NCBI GenBank assembly: GCA_951406725.2
Contig: OX597823.1
Span: 70,680,001-70,744,000 of the forward strand
Length of the DNA stretch: 64,000 bases
Source: Octopus vulgaris
Taxonomy: Eukaryota
Direction of reading: 5' to 3'
Shown piece by piece: positions 25,407-36,706 of the stretch. The translations under genes were made by a program, and so were the position numbers. The notes under the pieces are model-generated. The model did not search any database, was not told the DNA's origin, and saw only the letters and a program-made list of their open reading frames with translations. How positions within the stretch are numbered: the stretch's first letter is position 1; the number at the start of each line of letters is the position of its first letter.

Positions 25407-26307
25407 ACTGGCATTGGCCATGACAGCAATTCTACTTGACTCAATAGGCCTTCTCAAACAGCCTCTTTCTTTGGTATTCATATGTTGTTAAAATCCTATT
25501 GTGTGTTGAGGAAGCCTATATACAAATTCTGATTCATAACATGGAATGTGCTCCCCTCATTTGAAAGTGGTAGATACTTTTGAATCTAACTTCATAGGTA
25601 TGATTTATAAAATGGTAAAACTTTGGTATTGTATCACTCCTCCCTAATAAACTTCCAACATCTACATGATATGGAGCAATCTCCCCCAAAATATATACAT
25701 ATCCTTGAAGATAAAACATAGGCATCCCAATACATAATAGACTTTTTACAAAGAAACTCATAAAGTTAACACGAAAACCAGTGGAAATAAGAGTCAATTT
25801 CCTCTCCAACTTCAAATCTAGGTTAATAAATGCTTCCAAGAGTGAACTGGGCAATTATCAGTAAATGCTTTCTCAGGAGTATCAGCCTGAAGATCACAAG
25901 TATTGCTGTTATAATCAAGTACCTTGATGGTATTGAAAACAAAGTGGTTTTGCATATTTCCTTTAATTTGATATTGTTAGATTTACGCATCCATCTTGCA
26001 TGCTTTGGGAATCAATTTACTCCATTTCCAAACTCAATAATAGAACAGTAATTAACTCCAAGAAGTGAGATTTTTGTGGGGTTGTTTATCTTTGACGCTT
26101 CTTCATACATCTCAGGTGAGTAAAAGAGTCTGTCTGTCTGTCTGTCTGTCTACAAACATACACATATTTATACAACACACATACACACACACATATACAT
26201 ACAAGCATACACATATATTTATACAACACACACACACACACACACATACACACACATAAACAGTTTGGTTGCTTGTTTCTCTGGAACATGTCAAAATGAT
26301 GTAGATG

Positions 26308-26348
26308 CCTCTGATGAGAACCCAATAAGGTTCAAAAATCGATTAAGG
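26308..26348 (+). ncRNA. Decayed minimal hammerhead motif (GAAA changed to AAAA)
   Basis: CCT-CTGATGA-GAACC caataa GGTTC-AAAA-A TCGA T-TA-AGG. Confidence 0.5.
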
Positions 26349-26444
26349 TTGTTCATTATTTCAATCTGCAGAGAAATGGCTAAAATTTGCCCCACTTATA
26401 ATTATACAATATATTACACACACACACACACACATATATATGAT

Positions 26445-26812
26445 GGAAGCACTCCGTCGGTTACGACGATGAGGGTTCTGGTTGATCCGAATCAACGGAA
26501 CAGCCTGCTCGTGAAATTAACGTGTAAGTGGCTGAGCACTCCACAGACACGTGTACCCTTAACGTAGTTCTCGGGGATATTCAGCGTGACACAGAGTGAC
26601 AAGGCCGGCCCCTTGAAATACAGGTACAACAGAAACAGGAAGTAAGAGTGAGAGAAAGTTGTGGTGAAAGAGTACAGCATCCCTGCCGGAGCCTCGTGGA
26701 GCGTTTTAGGTGTTTTCGCTCAATAAACACTCAACGCCCGGTCTGGGAATCGAAATCGCGATCCTATGACCGCGAGTCCGCTGCCCTAACCACTGGGCCA
26801 TTGCGCCTCCAC
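26445..26812 (-). mobile_element. tRNA-derived SINE, family D
   Basis: Head ggaggcgcaatggcccagtggttagggcagcggactcgcgg..ttcgattcccagacc shared with 32483-32846. Confidence 0.8.
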
Positions 26813-27111
26813 ACACACATAAAAAAATATATAAATAAAATGTATGTATGTTGAAGAAACAGAACAATAAAAGAATTAATTATATCCTACAATCAACAGA
26901 CATTTGTCCAGTCCCAGATAAAATTAAAATCATCAGTGTCTCCATTGTGACTTCTTTGCAACATCTGTACCTGGACTCAAATTACATTCATGTATCCATC
27001 GCAAATAGATGCAGCTTTTGTTTCTTAAACTTCTTTTCTAAATCCTTCCCTTCAAACGCTCACGTCGAAATCGACGGAAGTGACCTTCATATAATGTATG
27101 TATATGTGTGT

Positions 27112-27155
<44 letters not shown>

Positions 27156-27156
<1 letters not shown>

Positions 27157-28445
27157 GAGGGGCGTTCAATAAGTAATGCCCCTGACCCACTTCCCATAGC
27201 AGTAGAGCAACGAAACTTAGCACAGTTATTTGTCTTTTTCTACATAGGAACCACCCAGAGTTACGCATTTCTCCCATTGTTTGATGCAGCTCTGGAGACC
27301 GTTTTTGTAGAAGACCCCAGCTTGGTCCTCCAACCTGAACGTGACTTCAGAAATCAAGGCTGCATCATCTGGGAAACGCTTTCCTTTCAAAAACAACTTC
27401 ATGACTGGGAAGAGGTGAAAATCAGAGGGTGCAAGGTCAGGAAAGTAGGGGGATGGGGGAGGAGTTCATAGCCATACGCCTGTGCTTCTGATCTGGCGAC
27501 AAGCGAGTTGTGGACCGGAGCGTTGTCCTGCAGGAGGAGGATGTCTTTGCTGATCTTGCCCCGCCTCTTGATTTTGATAACTTCTCTTAATTTCCTCAAA
27601 AGTGAAGCATAATAGGCTCCTGCAATTGTGGTACCCTTTGCCAGGAAATCTGTCATCACTACTCCGTCCTGGTCCCAGAAGACTGTGAGTATGACCTTGC
27701 CAGCGGAGGGCTGCACCCTTGCCTCCTTTGGAGGGGGTGAGTCACGGTGCTTCCACTGCATTGACTGGGCTTTGGTCTCTGGATCATCATGATGGACCCA
27801 GGTTTCATCCTGTGTAATCAGTCTTTTGAAAAATTTTGACTCATCTTCTTGGCACATCTCCAAATTCACCCTCGAGCACTCGACGCGTTCTTGCTTCTGG
27901 AAAGGGGTGAGCAACCTGGGAATCCATCTGGCAGACACCTTTTGCATATGCAAATGGTCATGAATGATAGTTTCCACAGACCCGGTACTAATCTTGACCT
28001 CATGGGCTATTTGGCGAATAATTATGCGTCGATCTTCCAAAATGGCAGCCTCAACTTGACGGACAGATGCCTCATCAATGGCAGAAGGGGCGACCAGATC
28101 TGGGAGCTGTTTCCACAGAGTTCCGACCATGTTTGAATTCACGATGCCAGCGTTTTACAAGGTCATATGATGGGGCATCATCACCATAAGTTACTTTCAT
28201 TTCATCAAAAGTCTCCCGTGGTGTGCGTCCTTTCAAATTCAAAAACCGGATCACTGCTCGACACTCAACAGGCTCCATTTCACACTTGACTCGGTTCAAA
28301 CACCTGTAAATCAGAAACTACAATTAATTCAGAGCTGTAATTTGCCACTTACTCTATAGAGATATAAATGATTGCACATGCAAAATTTCAGCTAGATCAA
28401 ACAACTGCAAGTGGGTCAGAGGCATTACTTATTGAATGTCCCTCG
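27156..28445 (-). mobile_element. Full-length mariner (D,D34D) transposon, 1290 bp, inserted in (TA)n
   Basis: TIRs CGAGGGGCGTTCAATAAGTAATGCC../..GGCATTACTTATTGAATGTCCCTCG with TA flanks. Confidence 0.96.
27226..28278 (-). pseudogene. Mariner transposase, frameshifted at least twice (near 28090 and 27455)
   Basis: WIPRLL, ITQDETWVH, GKVILTVFWD, LLQDNAPVH, PDLAPSDFHLF motifs. Confidence 0.93.
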
Positions 28446-28500
28446 TATATATATATGTGTGTGTGTGTACATACCCATAAACACATATGCATATATATAT

Positions 28501-29708
28501 AGCATGGGTTGGACGATTTGACTGAGGCCTGGCGAACCAGATGGCTGCACCAGGCTCCAATCTTGATCTGGCAGAGTTTCTACAGCTTGTTGCCCTTCCT
28601 AACACCAACCCCTCTGAGAGTGTAGTGGGTGCTTTTACGTGCCACCGGCACGGGGCCAGTCAGGCGGTACTGGCAACGACCTCGCTCAAATCTTTTACAC
28701 ATGCCACCGGCACAGGTGCCAGTAAGGCGATGCTGGTAACGATCACGCTCGAACGGTGTCTTTTACGTGACACCGGTACGGAGGCCAGATAGCCGCTCTG
28801 GCAACGATCACGCTCGGATGGTTCTCTCAACACCCTACTTGCACGGGGGTCGAGTGCCAGTAAGGTTACGCTAGTAATGATCTCACTCGAATGGAGCCTT
28901 TTATGTGCCCCTGGCATGGAAGCCGGTTTGCCGCTCTGTCAACGATCACGCTCGTATGGTGCTTTTTGCACCCCGCTAGCACGAATTCCATTCATCGAAT
29001 TTGATTTTGATTTCACTTGGCTCAACAGGTCTTCACAAGCAGAGTTTTAGTGTCCAAAGAAAGAAAAGGTCCGCATAAGTGGGCTGGTTACGCCCCTGGC
29101 ACAGGCCAGGAGATTATGGTCTCATTTGGCTTGCCGGGTCTTGTCATGCACAGCATATTTCCAAAAGTCTCGGTCACTACTCATTTCCTTGGTGCGGCCT
29201 AAAGTTCGAAGGTCGTGCTTCACCACTTCATCCCAGGTCTTCCTGGGTCTACCTCTTCCACAGGTTCCCTTAACCGCGAGTGTGTGGCACTTCTTCACAC
29301 AGCTATCCACTTCCATTCTCGCCACATGACCATACCAGCGCAGTCGTCTCTCTTGCACACGACATCTGATGTTTCTGAGGTCCAACATTTCTCTCAAGGT
29401 ACTTACACTCTGTTGAGTATACACACTGACATTACACATCCATCGGATCATACTGGGTTCATTCCTTGCGAGCTTACGCATGTCCTCCGCAGTCACAGCC
29501 CATGTTTCACTGCCATGTAGCATGGCTGTTCGTACACATGCGTCATACAGTCTACCTTTTACTCTGAGCGAGAGGCCCTTTGTCACCAGCAGAGGTAAGA
29601 GCTCTCTGAACTTTGTCCAGGCTCTTCTTTTCTAGCAGCTACAGTTTCAGCGCAACCTCCCTCGCTACTGATTTGGTCACCTAGGTAACAGAAGCTATCA
29701 ACTACTTC
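28501..29708 (-). mobile_element. 5'-truncated RTE LINE (end of RT, C-terminus, 3' UTR with about 65-bp subrepeats)
   Basis: SFCYLGD, MLHGSETW, RRLRWYGHVARM, GRGRPRKTW. Confidence 0.93.
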
Positions 29709-29733
29709 TATATATATATATACATACACACAC

Positions 29734-29778
<45 letters not shown>

Positions 29779-29795
29779 ACATACACATATATATA

Positions 29796-30190
29796 GGCGT
29801 AGGAGTGGCTGTGTGCTAAGTAGCTTGCTTACCAACCACATGGTTCCGGCTTCAGTCCCACTGCGTAGAACCTTGGGCAAGTGTCTTCTACTATAGCCTC
29901 GGCCCGACCAAAGCTTTATGAGTGGATTTGCTAGACGGAAACTGAAAGGAACCCATCATATATATGTATGTGTGTGTGTATATGTTTGTGTGTCTATGTT
30001 TGTCACCCCAACATCGCTTGACAATCGATGCTGGTGTGTTTACGCCCCCATAACTTAGCGGTTCGGCAAAAGAGTCCGACAGAATAAGTACTAGGCTAAC
30101 AAAGAATAAGTCCTGGGGTCGATTTGCTCGACTAAAGGCGGTGCTCTAGCATGGCCGCAGTCAAATGACTGAAACAAGTAAAAGAGTAAA
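29796..30190 (+). mobile_element. SINE family B, full copy
   Basis: ggcgtaggagtggctgtgtg..accttgggcaagtg..gactgaaacaagtaaaagag. Confidence 0.9.
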
Positions 30191-30350
30191 GAGTTTTATC
30201 ATGGCTACCGAATAATTGTTACATAGTAAACAAGAGAGACAGAGACAGGCAGAAAGAAGGAAAATGCCCCTGAATTTGAATACAATGCAAATATTCTTTT
30301 AAAAAACTTTTCTTTTAATTTTTCCAAAATTTAATTGTTTTCCATATATA

Positions 30351-30386
30351 CAGTTGAAAAAGAATCAATGACTGAAACCGGTACTG
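30351..30386 (+). ncRNA. Minimal hammerhead-like motif with U3-A8 core
   Basis: CAG-TTGAAAA-AG..CT-GAAA-CCGG-TA-CTG; palindromic ACCGGT, GUA site; weak stem II. Confidence 0.5.
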
Positions 30387-30470
30387 AAATGTTTTTTATA
30401 AAATTATTTTAGCATTTTCTACCTTGACTTTTTTCCAAATATATCAACACGTGTGTTCCTTTTCAACCTT

Positions 30471-30474
<4 letters not shown>

Positions 30475-30556
<82 letters not shown>
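30475..30556. repeat. (CA)n microsatellite
   Basis: Uninterrupted CA run. Confidence 0.98.
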
Positions 30557-30559
<3 letters not shown>

Positions 30560-31757
30560 AGTGTGTGTGCGTACACGTATTTATATATTACATGTATGGT
30601 GGTCTCTCGTGTCCGGGGAAGACGGTTCTGCAATGTCTGGCCGAATGACCTGCACAAATGATTTGTTTATAGTGATCAAATTTTTGTGTTGCATATTAGC
30701 TCACACTCTCCATGAAATCGGCATTGCCCGAACAGGTGCACAGTGTACCGCGTGTCAGGTGTCGAAGTGATCTCAGTGCAAGGCGAGTTAAAAAGGCTTG
30801 CTCAAGAACACTACGCCCGCCCAGTCCAAGAATCGAACCTACGATCACCTTATTTGTGAACCCACAACACCTTATTTGTGTGTGCGTGTGTGTGAGAGAG
30901 TACTAAGTTGCAACGCTTAAATGAAGCTGTGAACACTTGTACTTGATATGTTCATGGACACTCGGGTGTTGAAAGACGTCCGTTGTGCTTATCGTCTCAG
31001 AGAAGTTCCCTCTTGTAGATTAAAAGTCTAAAAATACATCGAACTGGGCTCTGAATGACTTCATTAAATTGCCGGACACCATTTCAGTCTTTCATAGCTC
31101 TACGGGAATCCAATCCTTTTGCTGATGCTTGCTGAGGTCTTGTCAATTTGTAATTAATATATTTAAAGCATGCGATGTTGTGTCAATTAAAATAAAGGTG
31201 TGTACATTTATATTTAACACATTCGTGTACACTCTAAAGGATTTTGCTGCATTTATTGTCTTGGGAAAAATGTTCTCCTTATAGACGATATAGACTACGT
31301 GTATAAGCGCACACCAAGCTGGGTTCTGGTTGGCATTAACAGATTGTAAAATACATACGTACACACGTATGTAAAAATTAACACTTCCTTCTCCAAGCCT
31401 AGATTCGAAACCGAATCTAAGAATTCTCGGTCGTCCAAACCACCACGATCAACAGGCGCGAAAAAATGTTTTTTTTTGTCCTGTCAAAAAGTGATTGATC
31501 AGTTCCCTTTGACCTACGACCTCAGCCATGTCAGCCGAAGTCCAAATGGACAGGAGCTGACCTATTTAGGTACAAACTGCTGTATGTCTGTCCTTCTAGC
31601 TGCCACGATTATTAAGAATACAATGATCAACAGACAGACGGTAGGAGGAAGGCCTAGCAGGCAAACGAGAAAGGTCTACGACGACAGGTTTTGAATGACC
31701 GTAGAGACCCGAGAGAAATGTTCGTAGTTCCACGGTAGACTACTGGTCTCAGATGAA

Positions 31758-31791
<34 letters not shown>

Positions 31792-32482
31792 TCATCACTT
31801 CCACAGATGTACCCTGTTTCTATTTCTAGCAACTCGTAGCAGTTGTCAACATTTTGCATGTAGTGAAGAATTATGTGTACCAACTACAAATTAAGTCCAG
31901 TGAATAAATTGTTTTTTAATTATGAATCGATTCACTCCTTTGTTTACTTCAATGATAATAAAAAATTATTTTTAACTATGAATCGATTCACTCATTTGTT
32001 TACTTCAATAGCATACACATTGCTTTTGCATCTGTTCACCATGATACACACATAACCGCTACACATACAAAAATAACTTACATACATACATGAAAATTCA
32101 TACAAGAAGAGGGAATAAACAAACTTTAATTACAAATTACAGCATTTGTTTTTGTGCAGAGGCAACAGCTGTCAGTTGTTGAGATTTCAGTCTTATATCA
32201 TTACATAATTTATCTTATAGATAGTTATATAAATAAATTAGACCCAGCAGCAGCTATGTGCCGACACTTCCTCAGGTAGGTTACTTTTAAAGCACTATTG
32301 GATTACGTAGAGGATTTTTAAATGCTCGTTATGAGGTTATAACCGGGATAATTCATACATACATATAATGTATTCTGCTCCTCCTTCTCATCATCATCAT
32401 CACCATTTAAAGTCCGTTTTCTGTGCTACGTTGGACGGTTTAACAGGGTCCGACAAGCAGCAGGACTGCACACGAACATCAG

Positions 32483-32846
32483 TGGAGGCGCAATGGCCTT
32501 GTGGTTAGGGCAGCGGACTCGCGGTTTCGATTCCCAGACCGGGCGTTGTGTGTGTTTATTGAGCGAAAACACCTAAAGCTCTGCGAGGCTCCGGCAGGGG
32601 GGGTGGTGGCGACCCCTGTTGTACTCTTTCGCTCCAACTTTCTCAAACTCTTTCTTCCTGTTTCTTGTCCCCGACTTCCTACGCAACCGCTGAGCCTGGA
32701 TGCGCATTCATCCATCCGCCGATGCTCTCGGTGTCGGGGGTTGACCTGCTTTCTCTTCTACGGGTCTTACGAATAGCAAAGGACCACGTTTCAGATTTCT
32801 CCCACGAAGACCGCTTCGCTCAACAAACAAACAAACAAACAAACAC
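32483..32846 (+). mobile_element. SINE with family D head, a different 3' body and a (CAAA)n tail
   Basis: Head near-identical to the reverse complement of 26690-26812. Confidence 0.8.
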
Positions 32847-33485
32847 CAACGTCAGCTTTGGCAGGGTTTCTTGGAATTCGATCACATCCACTTTCTTATA
32901 GCAGAGATATGCCTGTCACAAGTTCGTTACAATTTCTAACTGGTCAATGATCAAACAAGAACTCGTCTAACTAACCATGTACACATAAACAAAACGTCAT
33001 GCATAAAATTGTTTAACACTGATCACTACAAAGTTCTGTAACTTAAATTTTGTCTCAGAACTGGTTTTCACTTGTCACATCATGCCCTTGTTGAGCTGTC
33101 AGTAACAACAGACATATCAGCCGACGTCAAAACATTGTGATCGCTTCCTTTAAGCAGAGATACAGATTGACTGCTGAGCACCAGTCAATAAATAAATAAA
33201 TAAATAAATAAATAAAGTAGATGAAAAGATCTTAGGAGTATTTCATTTTGTTCCCTTAGGTAATCGTAAGAATTCTCGATTCTCGAAAACTGACATGCCA
33301 TTAAAGAAAAGGCAGTCTGATTGTCTGGAAGCAAACGATACTTTTTGATTTGTATTCTTGTATCAAAAAGCATTATCAATATAGCTATTACTTTAACTTC
33401 TCTCTAGCAGAATGAAATACTTAGATAATATACAATAAACAAGCAAAAGTTGAGAGAAATAGTAGAGAGAATAAAGAGAATAAGA

Positions 33486-36380
33486 TCATCATCATTATCA
33501 TCACCATCATCATCGTTTAACGTCCACTTTTCATGCTAGCATGGGTTGAACGAATTGACTGAGGAGTGGCTAACTAGATGGCTGCACCAGGTGCCAATCT
33601 GATCTGGCAGAGTTTCTACAGCTGGATGCCCTTCCTAACGCCAACCAATTCGAGAGTGCAGTGGGTGCTTTTACGTGCCACCGGCACGAGGGCCAGTCAG
33701 GCGGTAGTGGCAACGGCCACGCTCAAATGGTGCTTTTTACGTGCCACCTGCACAGGAGCGAGTCCAGCAGTACTGGCAACGACCTCGCTCGAATGTTTTT
33801 TCACGTGCCAGTAAGGTGACGCTGGTAACGATCACGCTCGAATGGTGCTTTTTACGTGCCACCGGCACGGAAGCCAGTCAGCTGCTCTAGCAACGATCAC
33901 GCTCGGATGCCAGTCATTTAATAGCACGGATGCCAGTCATTTAATTTGATTTCGATTTCGATTTCAGTTGCCTCAACAGGTTTTCGCAAGCAGAGTTTAG
34001 TGTCCAATGAAGAAAAGGTACGCATAAGTGGGCTGGTTACACCCCTGGCATAGGTCACGAGGTTATGGTCTCACTTGGCTTGCCGGGTTTTCTCAAGCAC
34101 AGCATATTTCCAAAGGTCTCGGTCACTAGTCATTGCCGCGGTGAGGCCTAATGTTCGAAGGTCGTGCTTCACCACCTCATCCCAGGTCTTTCTGGGTCTA
34201 CCTCTTCCACAGGTTCCCTTAACCGCGAGTGTGTGGCACTTCTTCACACAGCTATCCTCTTCCATTCTCACCACATGACCATACCAGCGCAGTTGTCTCT
34301 CTTGCACACCACAACTGATGCTTCTTAGGTCAAACTTTTCTCTCAAGGTACTTACACTCTGTCGAGTATGCACACTGATATTACACATCCATCGGAGCAT
34401 ACTGGCTTCATTCCTTGCGAGCATACGCATGTCCTCAGCAGTCACAGCCCATGTTTCACTGCCATGTAGCATGGCTATTCGTACACATGCGTCATACAGT
34501 CTACATTTTACTCTGGGCGAGAGGCCTTTTGTCACCAGCAGAGGTAAGAGCTCTCTGAACTTTGCCCAGGCTCTTCTTATTCTAGCAGCTACAGTTTCAG
34601 CGCAACCTTCCTCGCTACTGACTTGGTCACCTAGGTAACGGAAGCTATCAACTATTTCTAGTTTTTTCTACCTGGAATGTGGCGGAAGTTGTTCTCTGCA
34701 CATTTTCAGTGTTATTGCTCCTGAGCATCTGCCACATACAAACACTATCTTCCCATTTAGCCTTCCTTTGATGTTGCTGCACCTCTTACACTGGGTACAT
34801 CTTTAGAGTTTCTACCTACGCCTTTTCTACATATCGAGCTGGGCTATCAATCTAAGGGATTTGTGGTTTGTCTGCTTTCCTATTTATTAAAACTTTGGTT
34901 TTTGCTAGGTTGACTCTAAGGCCCTTCGATTCTAATCCTTGTTTTCACATCTGAAACTTCTCTAGTTCTGATAGTGACGCAGCAATCAGAACAAGGTCAT
35001 CAGTATAGAGGAGCTCCTAGGGGCATCTTGTCTTGAATTCCTCTGTTATTGCTTGGAGGACTATGATAAATAGGAGGGGGCTGAGGACTGAACCTTGGTG
35101 GATCCCCACCTCTACCCGGAATTCTTCACTGTGCTCGTTGCCAACCCTCACCTTTCTGACAGTGTTCCTGTACATGGCTTGCACAGCTCTCACTAACCAT
35201 TCATCTATCCACAAGGTTCCTCATTGTCCATCCTAATTAGTTGGGCTATAATCCTCTCCGTGACTTTCATTACCTGATCCAACAACTTGATACCTCTGTA
35301 ATTATTTGTATCTAAAGCGTCACATTTACCTTTGTAGCAGTTGACTATAGTGCTGCTACACAAGTCATTGGGTATGACTCGTTCATGTATCACCTGGATA
35401 CATGAACGGTGACTAGGCTATAGCCGACACTGCCAGATATTTTGAGCATCTCTGCAGTGAATCCTGATGGGCCGGGAGTTTTTTCTGTCTTCATACTCTT
35501 AATTGCTTTATCTACCAAGGTACTGTCAACACGGATAGCTGGTATCTCTGTTGCGTTGTCATTCGGCAGACTCTCTTTCTCACATTCATTTTCTTTATTG
35601 AGCAACCTTTCATAGTGGTGTCTCCAAACCTCTCTCTTTACAGCCTCGTTTAGTGAAAGTGGACACATTTCTCTCCTACAACATCACAATTCTCTCTCAC
35701 ACACTGTCTTGCAACACGAAATATCTCAAGTCTTTGCTTCTCATGGCGCAGAACATTGGCAAATTTTTTCTCCTGGCAGTCTGATACAATTCCCTGCTAT
35801 CACCGTTCTTCCAGTCCTTACAAGCCTGTTTCTTTTATCTAATAGCCCTGTCAACAGCATTGTTCCACCATCACGTTATTTTGGGTCGAGAGGGGACTTT
35901 GCACCATCCACAGATCTGGTCAGTGGCCCTCAGCAGGTTGACCCGTAGGAACCTCCAGTTGTCTTCTACATCGTGTGAAGCTATATCCCCTTCTATTTCA
36001 TCGAAGGCTTCGAGTAATATGTCTCTAAATCTCTGTCCATTCGCAGGATCTTTAAGTTTTCTGACCCTTCTCCTCCATGCTGGTCGTCTTCTGGGCATCC
36101 ACTTAGCCCTGATCCGGAAGTCACTAACTACCAGTCTATGTTGTGGGGTACATTCTTCGCTTGGGAAGGTTTTGGTATTTATAAGCAGCCATCTTTCCCT
36201 TTTTCTGGCAAGAATTTAGTCAATTCGGCTAGTGTGTCTACCAGAACGGTAGGTGACTAGGTGACTGGCAGGTCTCTTGAAGTTAGTATTGCAAACCATA
36301 AGATCATTTGCATTGCAGAACTCCAGCAGCCTGGTTCCCTCCTCAATGCGGGAACCAAAACCATAGGCTCCATGTACATT
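33486..36380 (-). mobile_element. RTE-clade LINE, 5'-truncated within the endonuclease, with internal deletions and stops; (GAT)n tail
   Basis: GFGSRIEEGTRLLEFC..IDY (APE), NYRGIKLL, GIHQGSVLSPLLF, LYTDD, FRYLGD, LRWYGHV. Confidence 0.95.
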
Positions 36381-36430
36381 TTTAGATGCAATGTAGTATA
36401 GCAAGTTCAGTCAAAATATTCGAAGGGGAC

Positions 36431-36692
36431 TCATAGTCCTCCAAGCAATAACAGAGGAATTCAAGACAAGATGCCCCTAGGAGCTCCTCTATACTGATGA
36501 CCTTGCTCTGATTGCTGCGTCACTATCAGAACTAGAGAAGTTTCAGATGTGAAAACAAGGATTAGAATCGAAGGGCCTTAGAGTCAACCTAGCAAAAACC
36601 AAAGTTTTAATAAATAGGAAGGCAGACAAACCACAAATCCCTTAGATAGATAGCCCTGCTCGATCTGTAGAAAAGGCGTAGTAGAAACTCTA
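36431..36692 (+). repeat. Inverted duplicate of 34804-35066 (internal RT segment of the adjacent LINE)
   Basis: Near-identical, sharing the same inactivating changes (CCC TAG stop, YTDD). Confidence 0.93.
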
Positions 36693-36706
36693 CATATACA
36701 TACATA

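Noticed and set aside
25450-26060. Possible old LINE or pseudogene fragment
   Set aside because: No motif I can identify on either strand.
26848-27471. 207-aa plus-strand ORF
   Set aside because: Crosses a (TA)n tract and the antisense strand of the mariner.
28620-28990. Regularly spaced about 65-bp repeats resembling a CRISPR array
   Set aside because: Whole units are homologous with no unique spacers; they are subrepeats of the RTE 3' UTR in a eukaryote.
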